Below, in pieces: positions 7,466-16,408 of a stretch of 38,002 nt of DNA. This stretch comes from a virus. Taxonomy: Duplodnaviria; Caudoviricetes. The stretch lies in the IMG/VR virus record IMGVR_UViG_3300045912_000596, positions 1 through 38,002 of that record; one strand, 5' to 3'. The position numbers and the translations under genes are program-made. Positions within the stretch are counted from its first letter, which is position 1; every line of letters starts with the position of its first letter. The notes below the pieces were generated by a model. It saw only the letters and a program-made list of their open reading frames with translations. It did not search any database and was not told the origin of the DNA.

Positions 7466-9048
7466 CCCTCTCCCTCCGCCCTTATCAGCGCACCGCGATC
7501 GAGGCGCTCTACGACTACTTCGCGGCCAGCGTGGGCAACCCGCTGATCGTGATGCCGACCGGCACCGGGAAGTCCGTCGTCATCGCCGGCTTCACGCGCG
7601 AGGCCATCGCCGCCTATGGCGACACCCGCGTGCTGGTCCTCACCCACGTGAAGGAACTCATCCAGCAGAACTTCATGGCGCTGCTCCGCGCCTGGCCCGA
7701 GGCGCCGGCCGGCATCTACTCGGCCGGCCTGTCCCGTCGCGACATTCACGCGCAGATCCTGTTCGCCGGCATCCAGTCGATCTACCGCCACTCGCGGCAG
7801 GTGCAGCGCTGCGACCTCGTGCTGATCGACGAAGCGCATCTGCTCGGCCGCGGCGACAGCGGCATGTACCGCTCCTTCCTGGCGCAGCTGAACGAGATCA
7901 ACGCAGGCCTGCTGAAGGTCGTCGGCTTCACGGCGACGCCGTATCGCCTGGACAGCGGCATGCTGCATGAGGGCAAGGATCGTCTCTTCACGGACATCGC
8001 ATTCCAGGTGCCGGTGCTGGACATGATCCAGCAGGGCTATCTCTGCCCTGTGGTTCCGAAGCATACCACGACGCAACTCGACGTGGGCGGCGTCGGCACC
8101 CGCGGCGGGGAATTCATCGCCAAGGACCTCGAGGCGGCGGTGGACCGCGACGAGGTCACGCGTGCCGCGGTGGCCGAGATCGTCCAGCACGGCGAGGGAC
8201 GCGGCTCCTGGCTGGTTTTCTGCTCCGGCGTCGCCCATGCCCGCCACGTCCGCGACGCCATCCGCGAGCATGGCGTCAGCTGCGAGACCGTCACCGGCGA
8301 CACGCCCGGCCCCGAGCGCGATGCCATCCTGGCGGCCTTCAAGGCGGGGCGGCTGCGCTGCGTCACCAACGCGAACGTGCTCACCACCGGCTTTGACGCT
8401 CCGGGGGTGGACCTGATCGCGTTGCTGCGCCCGACGAAGAGCGTCGGCCTCTACGTCCAGATGGTGGGCCGCGGCACGCGCCTCGCCGAAGGCAAGGACG
8501 ACTGCCTGGTGCTCGACTTCGCCGGCAACACGGCGCGGCACGGCCCGATCGACACGGTCGACGGCCGGAAGAAAGAGAAGTCGGAAGAGCCGGGCGAGGC
8601 GCCGATCAAGGTCTGCCCGGAATGCCAGACCATCAACCACGCCAGCGTGCGGCGCTGCATCGAGTGCGACCACGAGTTCCCGCCGCCGGTGGTGAAGGTG
8701 GCGCCGCAGGCGGCGTCGAACGCGCTGCTCTCGACCCAGGTCCAGGCGACCTGGTCCGACGTCACAGGGATCAGCTACGCGCGCCACGAGAAGCCCGGCA
8801 AGCCGGCGTCGCTGCGCGTCACCTATGAGTGCGGCCTGGCGCGGCACAGCGAGTGGGTCTGCTTCGAGCACACCGGGTTCCCGCGCGACAAGGCGGTGGG
8901 CTGGTGGCGGCGCCGCGCCGGCAATCTGCCGCCACCGGCGACGGTCGACGAGGCCCTGCAGCAGGTGGACCAGCTCCGTCGTCCGATCGCGATCCAGGTC
9001 CGGCCCGCGGGCCAATACACCGAGATCGCCGCCGCGAGGTTCGTGTGA
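7462..9048 (+). CDS. SF2 DEAH-box helicase (RadD/YejH-like) with Zn finger
   Basis: MPTGTGKS, DEAH, TAT, QMVGRGTR, CPEC...CIEC. Confidence 0.93.
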   Translation: MTLSLRPYQRTAIEALYDYFAASVGNPLIVMPTGTGKSVVIAGFTREAIAAYGDTRVLVLTHVKELIQQNFMALLRAWPEAPAGIYSAGLSRRDIHAQILFAGIQSIYRHSRQVQRCDLVLIDEAHLLGRGDSGMYRSFLAQLNEINAGLLKVVGFTATPYRLDSGMLHEGKDRLFTDIAFQVPVLDMIQQGYLCPVVPKHTTTQLDVGGVGTRGGEFIAKDLEAAVDRDEVTRAAVAEIVQHGEGRGSWLVFCSGVAHARHVRDAIREHGVSCETVTGDTPGPERDAILAAFKAGRLRCVTNANVLTTGFDAPGVDLIALLRPTKSVGLYVQMVGRGTRLAEGKDDCLVLDFAGNTARHGPIDTVDGRKKEKSEEPGEAPIKVCPECQTINHASVRRCIECDHEFPPPVVKVAPQAASNALLSTQVQATWSDVTGISYARHEKPGKPASLRVTYECGLARHSEWVCFEHTGFPRDKAVGWWRRRAGNLPPPATVDEALQQVDQLRRPIAIQVRPAGQYTEIAAARFV

Positions 9049-9398
9049 GATGTGCCGCCTGTCGCCTTCGCGCCGCCCGCGGCTTCGGTTGGTTCGATCC
9101 GCGCATTCGGACCTCCGAGCCGCTCCCGGCCTGTTCCATGCGCTGCATGAGCGCGCTCTGCCGGAGGTGGGGCGTGGTTGATCCTGACGAGCACGAGATC
9201 GCCGCCATCGCGGCTGCCAGCCCCATGGCCGGGGAGTACCTGGACAGCATCGGGAAGACCGACCTCGCAGTGCTGACCGAAGCCGAGTGGCTGACGCTGC
9301 TCGAGGTGATCATCACCGCCTACCAGGACGAGCTCGCGCGCCGGCTGGATCAGGGACGGCATCCGGCGCCGCCGCTCGCGGTGGGAGGGCGGTCGTGA
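9045..9398 (+). CDS. Small Cys-containing phage protein (DUF6511-like)
   Basis: CAAC...CSMRC, then AGEYLDSIGKTDLAVLTEAEWLTLLEVIITAY; GTGA coupling on both sides. Confidence 0.72.
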   Translation: MRCAACRLRAARGFGWFDPRIRTSEPLPACSMRCMSALCRRWGVVDPDEHEIAAIAAASPMAGEYLDSIGKTDLAVLTEAEWLTLLEVIITAYQDELARRLDQGRHPAPPLAVGGRS

Positions 9399-11713
9399 CG
9401 CAGCCCTCCTTCATGGCCGACTACGGCGAGCGCCTGGTCGACAACGGCTACTCCGTCATCCCGATCATGCCGGGCAGCAAGGTGCCGGGGCAGTTCCGTG
9501 GGGGCGAGTGGTCGCCCTATCCCGACTGGACGCGGCATTGCGACCGGCCGACGAAGTCCTTCGAGGTGGACATCTGGCGGCGCTGGCCCGGCTGCGGCGT
9601 CGGGATCGCCACCGGCGCCGTGGTGGGCATCGACATCGATATCCTGGACGGCGCGCTCGCCATCCAGCTCGCCGACCTCGCGGTCTCCATGCTGGGCGAC
9701 ACGCCCTGCCTGCGCATCGGCCGCGCCCCGAAGCGGCTGCTGGTCTATCGCGCGGCCACGCCTTTCGCCGGCCGCAAGCGCCATCCCCTCGAGCTGCTGG
9801 CGCGCGGCCAGCAATTCGTCGCCTATGCGGTGCACCCCGACACCGGCCGCCCCTATGACTGGCCGGAGGACAGCCTGGTGGAGCTGCCGCTCTCGCGCCT
9901 CCCTGTGGTGGACGAAGCGGGATGTGCCGCCTTCCTCGACGCCGCTTGGCGGCTCGTGCCCGACGAGGTCCGGGTCAACTCGATCCTCGCGGACGCACCG
10001 ACCAGCACCTGGCGCGGCCCGAGTGACCCGAAGGGCACGCGGGACGCCATCGCGGCGGCCCTGGCCTGGCTGCCGAACGACGACCTGCCGGGCAATGAGT
10101 GGATCACCGTCGGCGCTGCGATCAAAGCCGCCCTTGGCGAGGAGGGGCGCGACCTCTGGCTCGATTGGTCGCGGCAGTCCCGAAAGTCTGGCCAGTCCGG
10201 GCGGTCCGACACGCCCGAGCGGCGCTGGGCCTCGCTGCGGCCGCATAGCGTCGGCGCCGGGACGATCTACTGGCTCGCCGAGCAGCGCGGCTGGGTACCG
10301 GATCCCGCCCTGACCCTGAACGGCACGGTGGCGGAGCAGGCCGCGCAGCCCCACCCGGCCGCGGCCCTGCTGGCGAAGGTCGCCGCTGTGCCACTCCCCC
10401 CCGCGCCGCCGCCGAAGCCCTACCGCGTCCCGCCCGATCTGCTGCAGGTGGATGGCGCGCTGAAGCTGTTCCTGGACTACGCCACCGCCAGCGCCGTCAG
10501 CCCGCAGCCGTTCCTCTCGCTCGGCGCGGCCATTTGCCTCGTGGGCACCATCGCGGGGCGCCGCTATCGCACGCCGACCGACCTCCGCAGCAACGTCTAC
10601 GCCATCGGGATCGCCGACAGCGGCGGCGGGAAGGACCATGCCCGACGCTGCGTGAAGCGCGCGATCTATGCGGCCGGTCTCGACCGCTATCTCGGCGGCG
10701 AAGATCTGGCGTCGTCGGCCGGGCTGCTGACCTCCCTGCAGCGCCATCCTGCGCGCCTGTTCCAGGTCGACGAGTTCGGTCAGTTCCTGAAGCTGGTGCT
10801 GAGCCAGCGCGCGCCTGCCCACAAGGCGGCCATCTGGTCCGAGCTGACGAAGCTCTACACCTCGGCGGCCGAGCCCTACATCGGCGCCGAGTACGCCGAC
10901 CAGAAGGCGCGGCCGCGGGTCACCATCGAGCAGCCCTGCGCCTGCATCTGGGGCGTCACCGTCCCGGGCCCGCTGTGGACGGCGCTGGAAGGTGGCGCGC
11001 TGGCGGACGGCTCCATCGCGCGCTTCCTGGTCTTCCTGACCGACGACGACTACCCCGAGCGCAACGAGGCCCCGGCGCCGATGGACCCACCGCCGGCGCT
11101 GGTGTCGGCGCTGCAGGCGATCGCACGCGGCGTGCCGGGCCACAGCCATGGCGGGAACATCGCCGACGCCATGGAGTCCTCGGCGCCGATCCACGCCTAC
11201 ACGGTGCCGCTCAGCCCTGGCGCCGAGGCCACGATAGCGCGCGTGCGCCGCGAGGCCACCGACCTGCTGCGCTCGCACCGCGGCACCTACGCCACCGCGC
11301 TGTTCGGCCGCTACGCGGAGAACACCGCCAAGCTGGCGATGATTGCCGCGGTCAGCCGCGACCCGGCCCGGCCCGTCACTCAGGCGGAGGACGTCGCCTG
11401 GGCATCGGCCCTGGTCGAGCACTGCATCGGCACGCTGCTGCGCGAGGCCGACCGCCGCGTCGCGGACAACGACACGGAGGCGAAGCACAAGCGCGTCCTG
11501 GAGATCATCCGCAGCGCCGGCGAGATCACCAGGAATGCGCTGGTCCGGAAGACGCAGTTCCTGTCGAAGCGCGAGCGCGAGGAGATCTTCGACGCGCTGG
11601 TCGAGGGCGAGCTGGTCACGCGCAGCGTGAAGCCAACCGGCACCAAGCCGACGATGCTGTTCATCGCGCGCGGCGCGCCCGAGGCGACGGCCGGCAAGGA
11701 GGCTTCCTGTTGA
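9395..11713 (+). CDS. Primase-polymerase / PriCT-2 / P-loop helicase (DUF3987-like) replication protein
   Basis: GYSVIPIMPGSKVP, GVGIATG..VGIDID, WITVGAAIK...WLDWSRQSRK, Walker A DSGGGKD, Walker B FQVDE. Confidence 0.9.
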   Translation: MTQPSFMADYGERLVDNGYSVIPIMPGSKVPGQFRGGEWSPYPDWTRHCDRPTKSFEVDIWRRWPGCGVGIATGAVVGIDIDILDGALAIQLADLAVSMLGDTPCLRIGRAPKRLLVYRAATPFAGRKRHPLELLARGQQFVAYAVHPDTGRPYDWPEDSLVELPLSRLPVVDEAGCAAFLDAAWRLVPDEVRVNSILADAPTSTWRGPSDPKGTRDAIAAALAWLPNDDLPGNEWITVGAAIKAALGEEGRDLWLDWSRQSRKSGQSGRSDTPERRWASLRPHSVGAGTIYWLAEQRGWVPDPALTLNGTVAEQAAQPHPAAALLAKVAAVPLPPAPPPKPYRVPPDLLQVDGALKLFLDYATASAVSPQPFLSLGAAICLVGTIAGRRYRTPTDLRSNVYAIGIADSGGGKDHARRCVKRAIYAAGLDRYLGGEDLASSAGLLTSLQRHPARLFQVDEFGQFLKLVLSQRAPAHKAAIWSELTKLYTSAAEPYIGAEYADQKARPRVTIEQPCACIWGVTVPGPLWTALEGGALADGSIARFLVFLTDDDYPERNEAPAPMDPPPALVSALQAIARGVPGHSHGGNIADAMESSAPIHAYTVPLSPGAEATIARVRREATDLLRSHRGTYATALFGRYAENTAKLAMIAAVSRDPARPVTQAEDVAWASALVEHCIGTLLREADRRVADNDTEAKHKRVLEIIRSAGEITRNALVRKTQFLSKREREEIFDALVEGELVTRSVKPTGTKPTMLFIARGAPEATAGKEASC

Positions 11714-11777
11714 CGCATTCGATCGATCAAGCTCGGCGACCGCCTCGAAACCCAGGCTGGAGGCCGCTTCCACGCGC

Positions 11778-11885
11778 ATACGTCAATACGTCAATCCGTC
11801 ACGCGGGCGCACACAGGTACCTGTGGGTCGCGCGCGGGCGGAGAGAGAGAGAGAGACCCTTTGACGAATTGATATATTGATGAAT
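11778..11885. other. Candidate phage replication origin (opposed octamer iterons)
   Basis: CGTCAATA-CGTCAATC-CGTCAC (11781-11802); palindrome CACAGGTACCTGTG (11812-11825); (GA)8 (11841-11856); TTGACGAA-TTGATATA-TTGATGAA (11861-11884); directly after the primase gene. Confidence 0.55.
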
Positions 11886-12185
11886 CTCCCAATAGACCCC
11901 CCTTCGCACGTGCGCGCGCGCGCGAAGCACGACCTCCCGTCCTCGCAGGGCCCGCAGCGGCTGCCGGGCGGTCCGCTGCCGCCGAGGTCCAGCCTCAATC
12001 GCGGCACGCGCAGCGCGACCACCAAGCCCGAGATGGAAGCGCTGCGCCGCCGTGTCTGGCAGCAGCAGGGCGTCGTCTCGCTGCGCCTTGAGGACATCAC
12101 CGACCCCTGGCTGCGCCAGGCGATCCAGAACGAAGCCGTGCGGCGCTGGGGCCCGCGGCAGCAGGAGACCACCCATGGCCGGTAA
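11880..12185 (+). CDS. Hypothetical protein (start uncertain)
   Basis: C-terminal EMEALRRRVWQQQGVVSLRLEDITDPWLRQAIQNEAVRRWGPR is protein-like; overlaps the next gene. Confidence 0.6.
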   Translation: MNLPIDPPSHVRARAKHDLPSSQGPQRLPGGPLPPRSSLNRGTRSATTKPEMEALRRRVWQQQGVVSLRLEDITDPWLRQAIQNEAVRRWGPRQQETTHGR

Positions 12186-12723
12186 GCGGAAGGCGAAGAC
12201 CCCGAAGCGGGACGAGGCGCTCGGCCCGTCGAAGTGGCGGCTGCAGCACGGCGGCTTCTCGGAGCCGATCCGCGAGGCAGATCCCGAGACAGGCAGTCCG
12301 GTGCAGCATCGGCGTGCGGTGGACACGCTCGGGATGATGCTGGCCAACGGCACCATCACGCAGGAGATGCACGACGCTGGTGGCTACTTCCGCGCGCTGT
12401 TCCGTCGCGCTGCACTGGACGGCATGGCGCGCTCGCCACTGGTCCGGCTGCCTGGGAAGACCGCCGACGCCCTGTCCGAGCGGAACATCGACGCGCGCCG
12501 CAAGGTCGCCGAAGCGCTGGACGCGCTGGGTGGACACGACAGCGCGGCGGGCTCCTGCGCCTGGTACGTCGTTGGCCTCGAGATGTCCGTGCGCGAGTGG
12601 GCGATGCGGCAGGGATGGGGAGGACGTCCCGTCGCACCTCCGCAGGCGCAGGGGATGCTGGTTGCGACACTCAGCGTTCTGGCTGGGCACTTCGGGCTCG
12701 TGCCGCGGACGAGGGCGGCGTGA
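12175..12723 (+). CDS. Putative late-gene regulator (DUF6456-like, Q-position)
   Basis: AGGAG RBS; DTLGMMLANGTITQEMHDAG...VVGLEMSVREWA...LSVLAGHFG; last gene before the late promoter/cos region. Confidence 0.65.
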   Translation: MAGKRKAKTPKRDEALGPSKWRLQHGGFSEPIREADPETGSPVQHRRAVDTLGMMLANGTITQEMHDAGGYFRALFRRAALDGMARSPLVRLPGKTADALSERNIDARRKVAEALDALGGHDSAAGSCAWYVVGLEMSVREWAMRQGWGGRPVAPPQAQGMLVATLSVLAGHFGLVPRTRAA

Positions 12724-12793
12724 CGACGTGCGATCTCACGAAAAAAAAATCGCGCGAGCGAAGACAAGCGTGGCGCAGCGAAAGACTGTCGCG

Positions 12794-12823
12794 TTGCGCA
12801 GCGAAATCCACACGGCGTATCAT
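12794..12823 (+). promoter_or_regulatory. Putative sigma-70 late promoter
   Basis: TTGCGC-N18-TATCAT, with an upstream A9 tract at 12741-12749. Confidence 0.45.
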
Positions 12824-12906
12824 CAGGACACCTCGAAAAGGCGCGACCGCGCCGCGGCTCACCAGCCACAGCGTCGCTCTGTCGAGACAGTGGCTCGCGA
12901 GCCGAT

Positions 12907-13070
12907 GGTTCCTTCCTGGGCCTGGCGTATGCGGGGGGCGGAAGCGCGCGACATCGCTAGCGTCTGGCCCGAAAAGTGGTTCGCAGTTCGCACCCTTCGC
13001 CTCTGATCTCAATCGCTTAGCTGCGAACCACCGCCGCGTCGGTTCGCAGCCGCGGTTCGCACCGTTCGCA
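12907..13070 (+). other. Candidate lambda-like cos site (cosQ/cosN/cosB-like with IHF site)
   Basis: GGTTCCT (12907-12913); GCG-GGGGGCGGAAG-CGC (12931-12947); six GTTCGCA repeats at 12979-13070, one inverted; IHF-like TCTCAATCGCTTA (13007-13019). Confidence 0.6.
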
Positions 13071-13094
13071 CCCCCTCTGATCCTGGATGGCTCC

Positions 13095-14561
13095 ATGACG
13101 CTCCCCTGGATGGCAGCGAAGATCGTGCTGCGCCCAGTGGCGGAGCTGCGCGCGCATCCCGGCAACGCCCGCGTGCACGGCGCCGCGCAGATCGAGCAGA
13201 TCAAGGCCAGCATGCTGGCCTTCGGCTTCACGGTGCCACTGCTGGTGGACGAGGCCGGCGTGCTGATCGCCGGACACGGCCGTCTCGAGGCCGCGGTGGC
13301 GCTCGCCATCGAGAAGGTGCCGACCATCGTGCTGCGGCATCTCTCCGCCGCGCAGAAGGAGGCGCTCCGGCTCGCCGACAACCGCATCGCGGAGAACGCG
13401 ACCTGGGATGGGGCGCTCCTGCGCGATGCGCTCGCCGCGGCGCAGGCCGCGCCCGACCTCGACCTTGCGGCGCTTGGCTTCTCGGCCGCGGAGCTCGACG
13501 ACATCCTCGCGGCGGCTGGAGATGCCGTGTCCGACGGCGACGCGCCCGAGGCCCTGTCGGCACCCGCGGTCCAGGGGGGCGGGGATGGCGCGGCGGAGAC
13601 AGAGGCTGCGGCGGAGGATGACCCCGCCGACGCCGAGCCGGATCCGCCGCGCCAGGCCGTCACCAGGCCGGGCGACCTCTGGCTGCTCGGCGAGCACCGC
13701 CTGCTCTGCGGCGACGGCACCGACGCCGCGTCGGTCGCCCGCGTCATGGGCGCGGACCGGGCCGCGCTGCTGTTCACCAGCCCGCCTTACGGAAACCAGC
13801 GCAACTACACCACCGGCGGCGTCTCGGATTGGGACGCGTTGATGCAGGGCGTGTTCCAGCATCTCGACCGGGCCGTGCGCGCGAATGCGCAGCTGCTCGT
13901 CAACCTTGGGTTGATCCACCGCGACAGCGAGTGGCAGCCCTACTGGTCCGGCTGGCTCGAATGGATGCGCGCGCAGGGCTGGCGCCGCTTCGGCCTCTAC
14001 GCCTGGGACCAGGGGCCCGGCCTACCCGGCGACTGGAACGGGCGCCTCGCGCCGGCCTTCGAGCTTCTGTTCCACTTCAACCGGGAGGCGAGGCAGGCGA
14101 ACAAGATCGTTCCCTGCAAATGGGCCGGCACGCCGAACAAGGGCAGCGGCCTGCGCGCTGCCGACGGCGAGGTGAAGGCGTACACCCACATCGGCCTTCC
14201 GGTGCAGGACATGCGCATCCCGGACAGCGTGCTGCGCATCACCCGGCACAAGGGCCGCGGCATCGAGACCGAGCACCCGGCCGTGTTCCCCGTCGCGCTG
14301 CCCGAGTTCCTGATGCGCGCCTACACGGACGAGGGCGAGGTCGTGTTCGAGCCCTTCTCGGGCAGCGGCACCACGGTCCTGGCGGGTCAACGCACGGGGC
14401 GGCGCGTCCGCGCCATCGAGCTTGCGCCGGCCTATGTCGACCTGGCGATCGCCCGCTGGCGGATGCTGCACCCCGACCTGCCGGTGACGCTGGCCGACGA
14501 TGACCGGGACTATGACGCCGTGGCCGCCGGCCGCGCGGAGGTGCTGCCCGATGCAGCCTGA
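13095..14561 (+). CDS. ParB-N-domain DNA methyltransferase, beta class, SPPY (probably N4-cytosine)
   Basis: ParB-like NARVH...IAGHGRLEAA; catalytic FTSPPY; HPAVFP; SAM-binding EPFSGSGTT. Confidence 0.9.
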   Translation: MTLPWMAAKIVLRPVAELRAHPGNARVHGAAQIEQIKASMLAFGFTVPLLVDEAGVLIAGHGRLEAAVALAIEKVPTIVLRHLSAAQKEALRLADNRIAENATWDGALLRDALAAAQAAPDLDLAALGFSAAELDDILAAAGDAVSDGDAPEALSAPAVQGGGDGAAETEAAAEDDPADAEPDPPRQAVTRPGDLWLLGEHRLLCGDGTDAASVARVMGADRAALLFTSPPYGNQRNYTTGGVSDWDALMQGVFQHLDRAVRANAQLLVNLGLIHRDSEWQPYWSGWLEWMRAQGWRRFGLYAWDQGPGLPGDWNGRLAPAFELLFHFNREARQANKIVPCKWAGTPNKGSGLRAADGEVKAYTHIGLPVQDMRIPDSVLRITRHKGRGIETEHPAVFPVALPEFLMRAYTDEGEVVFEPFSGSGTTVLAGQRTGRRVRAIELAPAYVDLAIARWRMLHPDLPVTLADDDRDYDAVAAGRAEVLPDAA

Positions 14562-15795
14562 CCTCCAGGTCACCACGGTCCCGGTCGCCGCGCTGCTTCC
14601 CTACGCCGAGAACGCGCGGACCCACTCCGACGACCAGGTGGCGCAGATCGCTGCCTCCATCGCCGAGTTCGGTTTCGTTAACCCGGTGCTGGTGGACACT
14701 GCCGGCGTGCTCGTCGCTGGCCACGGCCGTGTCATGGCGGCGAAGCGCCTCGGCATGGCGGCGGTGCCGGCGATCCGCCTTGCGCACCTGACGGAGGCGC
14801 AGGCCCGGGCGCTGCGTCTGGCGGACAACCAGATCGCGCTGAACTCCGGCTGGGACGAAGCGCTGCTCGCGGCCGAGATCGCACGCATTCGCGACGAGGC
14901 AGTGGTGGACCTCGAGGTCCTCGGCTTCTCGGGCATGGAGCTCGACCGGCTGCTGGCCGCGGCGGATGCGGGCCTTGAGGACGACGCCGACGATGCGCCC
15001 GAGCCGCCAGCGGTGCCGGTCACCCGCGCCGGCGACCTTTGGCGCTGCGGCGACCACCGCGTGCTCTGCGGCGACGCCACGAAGCTCGACGACGTGCAGC
15101 GCGCCCTCGGCGCCGATTGCCTCGCCGACATGGCCTTCACGGACCCGCCCTACAACGTCGCCTACCAGGGCGGCACGGCGGCGAAGATGACAATCGCCAA
15201 CGACGCGCTGGGCCAGGGCTTCCTCGACTTCCTTCGACCGGCGCTGGCGAACCTGCTCTTGGTGACGAAGGGCGCCTGCTACGTCTGCATGTCCTCGTCC
15301 GAATGGCCGACGCTGCACCGCGCCTGGCAGGAGGCGGGCGGGAAGTGGTCAAGCACGATCATCTGGGCGAAGAACACCTTCGCCCTCGGCCGCGCCGACT
15401 ACCACCAGCAGTTCGAGGCCATGCTCTACGGCTGGAAGGCCGGCGCGCAGCACTACTGGTGCGGGGCGCGCGACCAGGGGAACGTCTGGCACTTCGACAA
15501 GCCGGCCAGGAACGACCTTCACCCGACGATGAAGCCCGTCGCGCTGGTCGAGCGTGCGATCCGCAACAGCAGCAAGCAGCGCGACACCGTGCTCGATCCT
15601 TTCGGCGGCTCCGGCACGACGATGATCGCGGCGGAGCGGACCGGGCGGCACGCCGTGCTGCTGGAGCTCGATCCGGCTTATGCCGACGTCATCGTCCGAC
15701 GCTGGCAGGATGCGACCGGCGGAGCCGCAGTGCTGCAGGGCGAGGACCGCACCTTTGCTGACGTCGCCGCGGCACGCGGCCGGCAATCCGGGTGA
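14551..15795 (+). CDS. ParB-N-domain DNA methyltransferase, beta class, DPPY (probably N6-adenine)
   Basis: PYAENARTHS...VAGHGRV; FTDPPYNV; HPTMKP; DPFGGSGTT. Confidence 0.92.
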   Translation: MQPDLQVTTVPVAALLPYAENARTHSDDQVAQIAASIAEFGFVNPVLVDTAGVLVAGHGRVMAAKRLGMAAVPAIRLAHLTEAQARALRLADNQIALNSGWDEALLAAEIARIRDEAVVDLEVLGFSGMELDRLLAAADAGLEDDADDAPEPPAVPVTRAGDLWRCGDHRVLCGDATKLDDVQRALGADCLADMAFTDPPYNVAYQGGTAAKMTIANDALGQGFLDFLRPALANLLLVTKGACYVCMSSSEWPTLHRAWQEAGGKWSSTIIWAKNTFALGRADYHQQFEAMLYGWKAGAQHYWCGARDQGNVWHFDKPARNDLHPTMKPVALVERAIRNSSKQRDTVLDPFGGSGTTMIAAERTGRHAVLLELDPAYADVIVRRWQDATGGAAVLQGEDRTFADVAAARGRQSG

Positions 15796-16137
15796 TCACG
15801 GCGTGTCCGGGGGCGTCTCCGGCTCCTGCATCCAGGCCGGGATGTCTCGCTGCGCGTGCAGCACGCGCCAGACATCGATGTGGTCGGGCTGCTCGCGGTA
15901 GAAGACGACTAACGGAAAGCGCCGCAGCGGCCAGGCGCGCAGGCCTTCGAGGCTCAGCTCGTAGGCGTAGCGGAGCGAGCCGACGCCGGGATGCGCACCC
16001 AGGCGGCGGAACGCCTGCTGCAGCGCGTCGATGAACCGCAGGGCGAGGGGCTCACCGCCCTCGGCCAGGTAATGGGCGATCGCCTCGTCGATGTCCTGCT
16101 GAGCGAGCTCCCGCGGGACGACCGGCCGCGCGGTCAC
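15796..16137 (-). CDS. parE: Type II toxin, RelE/ParE family
   Basis: AQQDIDEAIAHY...HPGVGSLRY...LRAWPLRRFPLVVFY...IDVWRVLHAQRDI; GTGA-coupled to the antitoxin. Confidence 0.9.
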   Translation of the reverse strand: MTARPVVPRELAQQDIDEAIAHYLAEGGEPLALRFIDALQQAFRRLGAHPGVGSLRYAYELSLEGLRAWPLRRFPLVVFYREQPDHIDVWRVLHAQRDIPAWMQEPETPPDTP

Positions 16138-16373
16138 GCCCGATCGGCGCCGCGCAGCCGTCGGCGCAGCCCGTCGAAGTAGGCGTCGTCAGCGACGCTG
16201 CCGGGACGGGAGGCCGCGCCGGCCAGGAGCAGGCCACGCAGCCGCTGGCGCTCCTGGTCCTTTCGGATCAGCTCGCGGACGTATTCGCTGCTCGTGCTGT
16301 AGCCACCGCTCTCGACCTGCTGGTCGACGAAGGCCTTCAGCGCGTCGGGGAGGGAGACGTTCATCGTGCCCAT
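16134..16373 (-). CDS. parD: Type II antitoxin, ParD family (ribbon-helix-helix)
   Basis: MGTMNVSLPDALKAFVDQQVESGGYSTSSEYVRELIRKDQER. Confidence 0.9.
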   Translation of the reverse strand: MGTMNVSLPDALKAFVDQQVESGGYSTSSEYVRELIRKDQERQRLRGLLLAGAASRPGSVADDAYFDGLRRRLRGADRA

Positions 16374-16379
16374 GGCCGG

Positions 16380-16408
16380 AGCATGGCGGACTTGGCAAAA
16401 TTTGGCAA
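16380..16408 (-). promoter_or_regulatory. Putative parDE promoter/operator, probably leaderless
   Basis: Minus strand TTGCCA-N17-CATGCT-N6-ATG; tandem TTGCCAA repeats overlap the -35 and spacer. Confidence 0.5.

Noticed and set aside
7180-11779. Long antisense ORFs (e.g. 7180-9015, 9350-11779; likewise 24028-25869 and 28034-30415)
   Set aside because: Expected shadows of GC3-rich genes; low-complexity translations with no recognisable motifs.
11841-11856. (GA)8 as a phase-variation switch
   Set aside because: It is intergenic and not clearly within a promoter spacer; better treated as part of the origin candidate.
12978-13070. GTTC repeats as an alphaproteobacterial LexA box (GTTC-N7-GTTC)
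   Set aside because: Spacings are N3, N9 and N5, never N7; a cosB-like reading fits better.
12234-13094. N-terminal extension of the first methyltransferase (775-aa ORF)
   Set aside because: It crosses another gene and the promoter/cos region and is not protein-like; the ParB domain begins after ATG 13095.
13095-15795. Restriction-modification or BREX/DISARM-type defence system
   Set aside because: No cognate nuclease or accessory genes are adjacent; these look like orphan phage methyltransferases.
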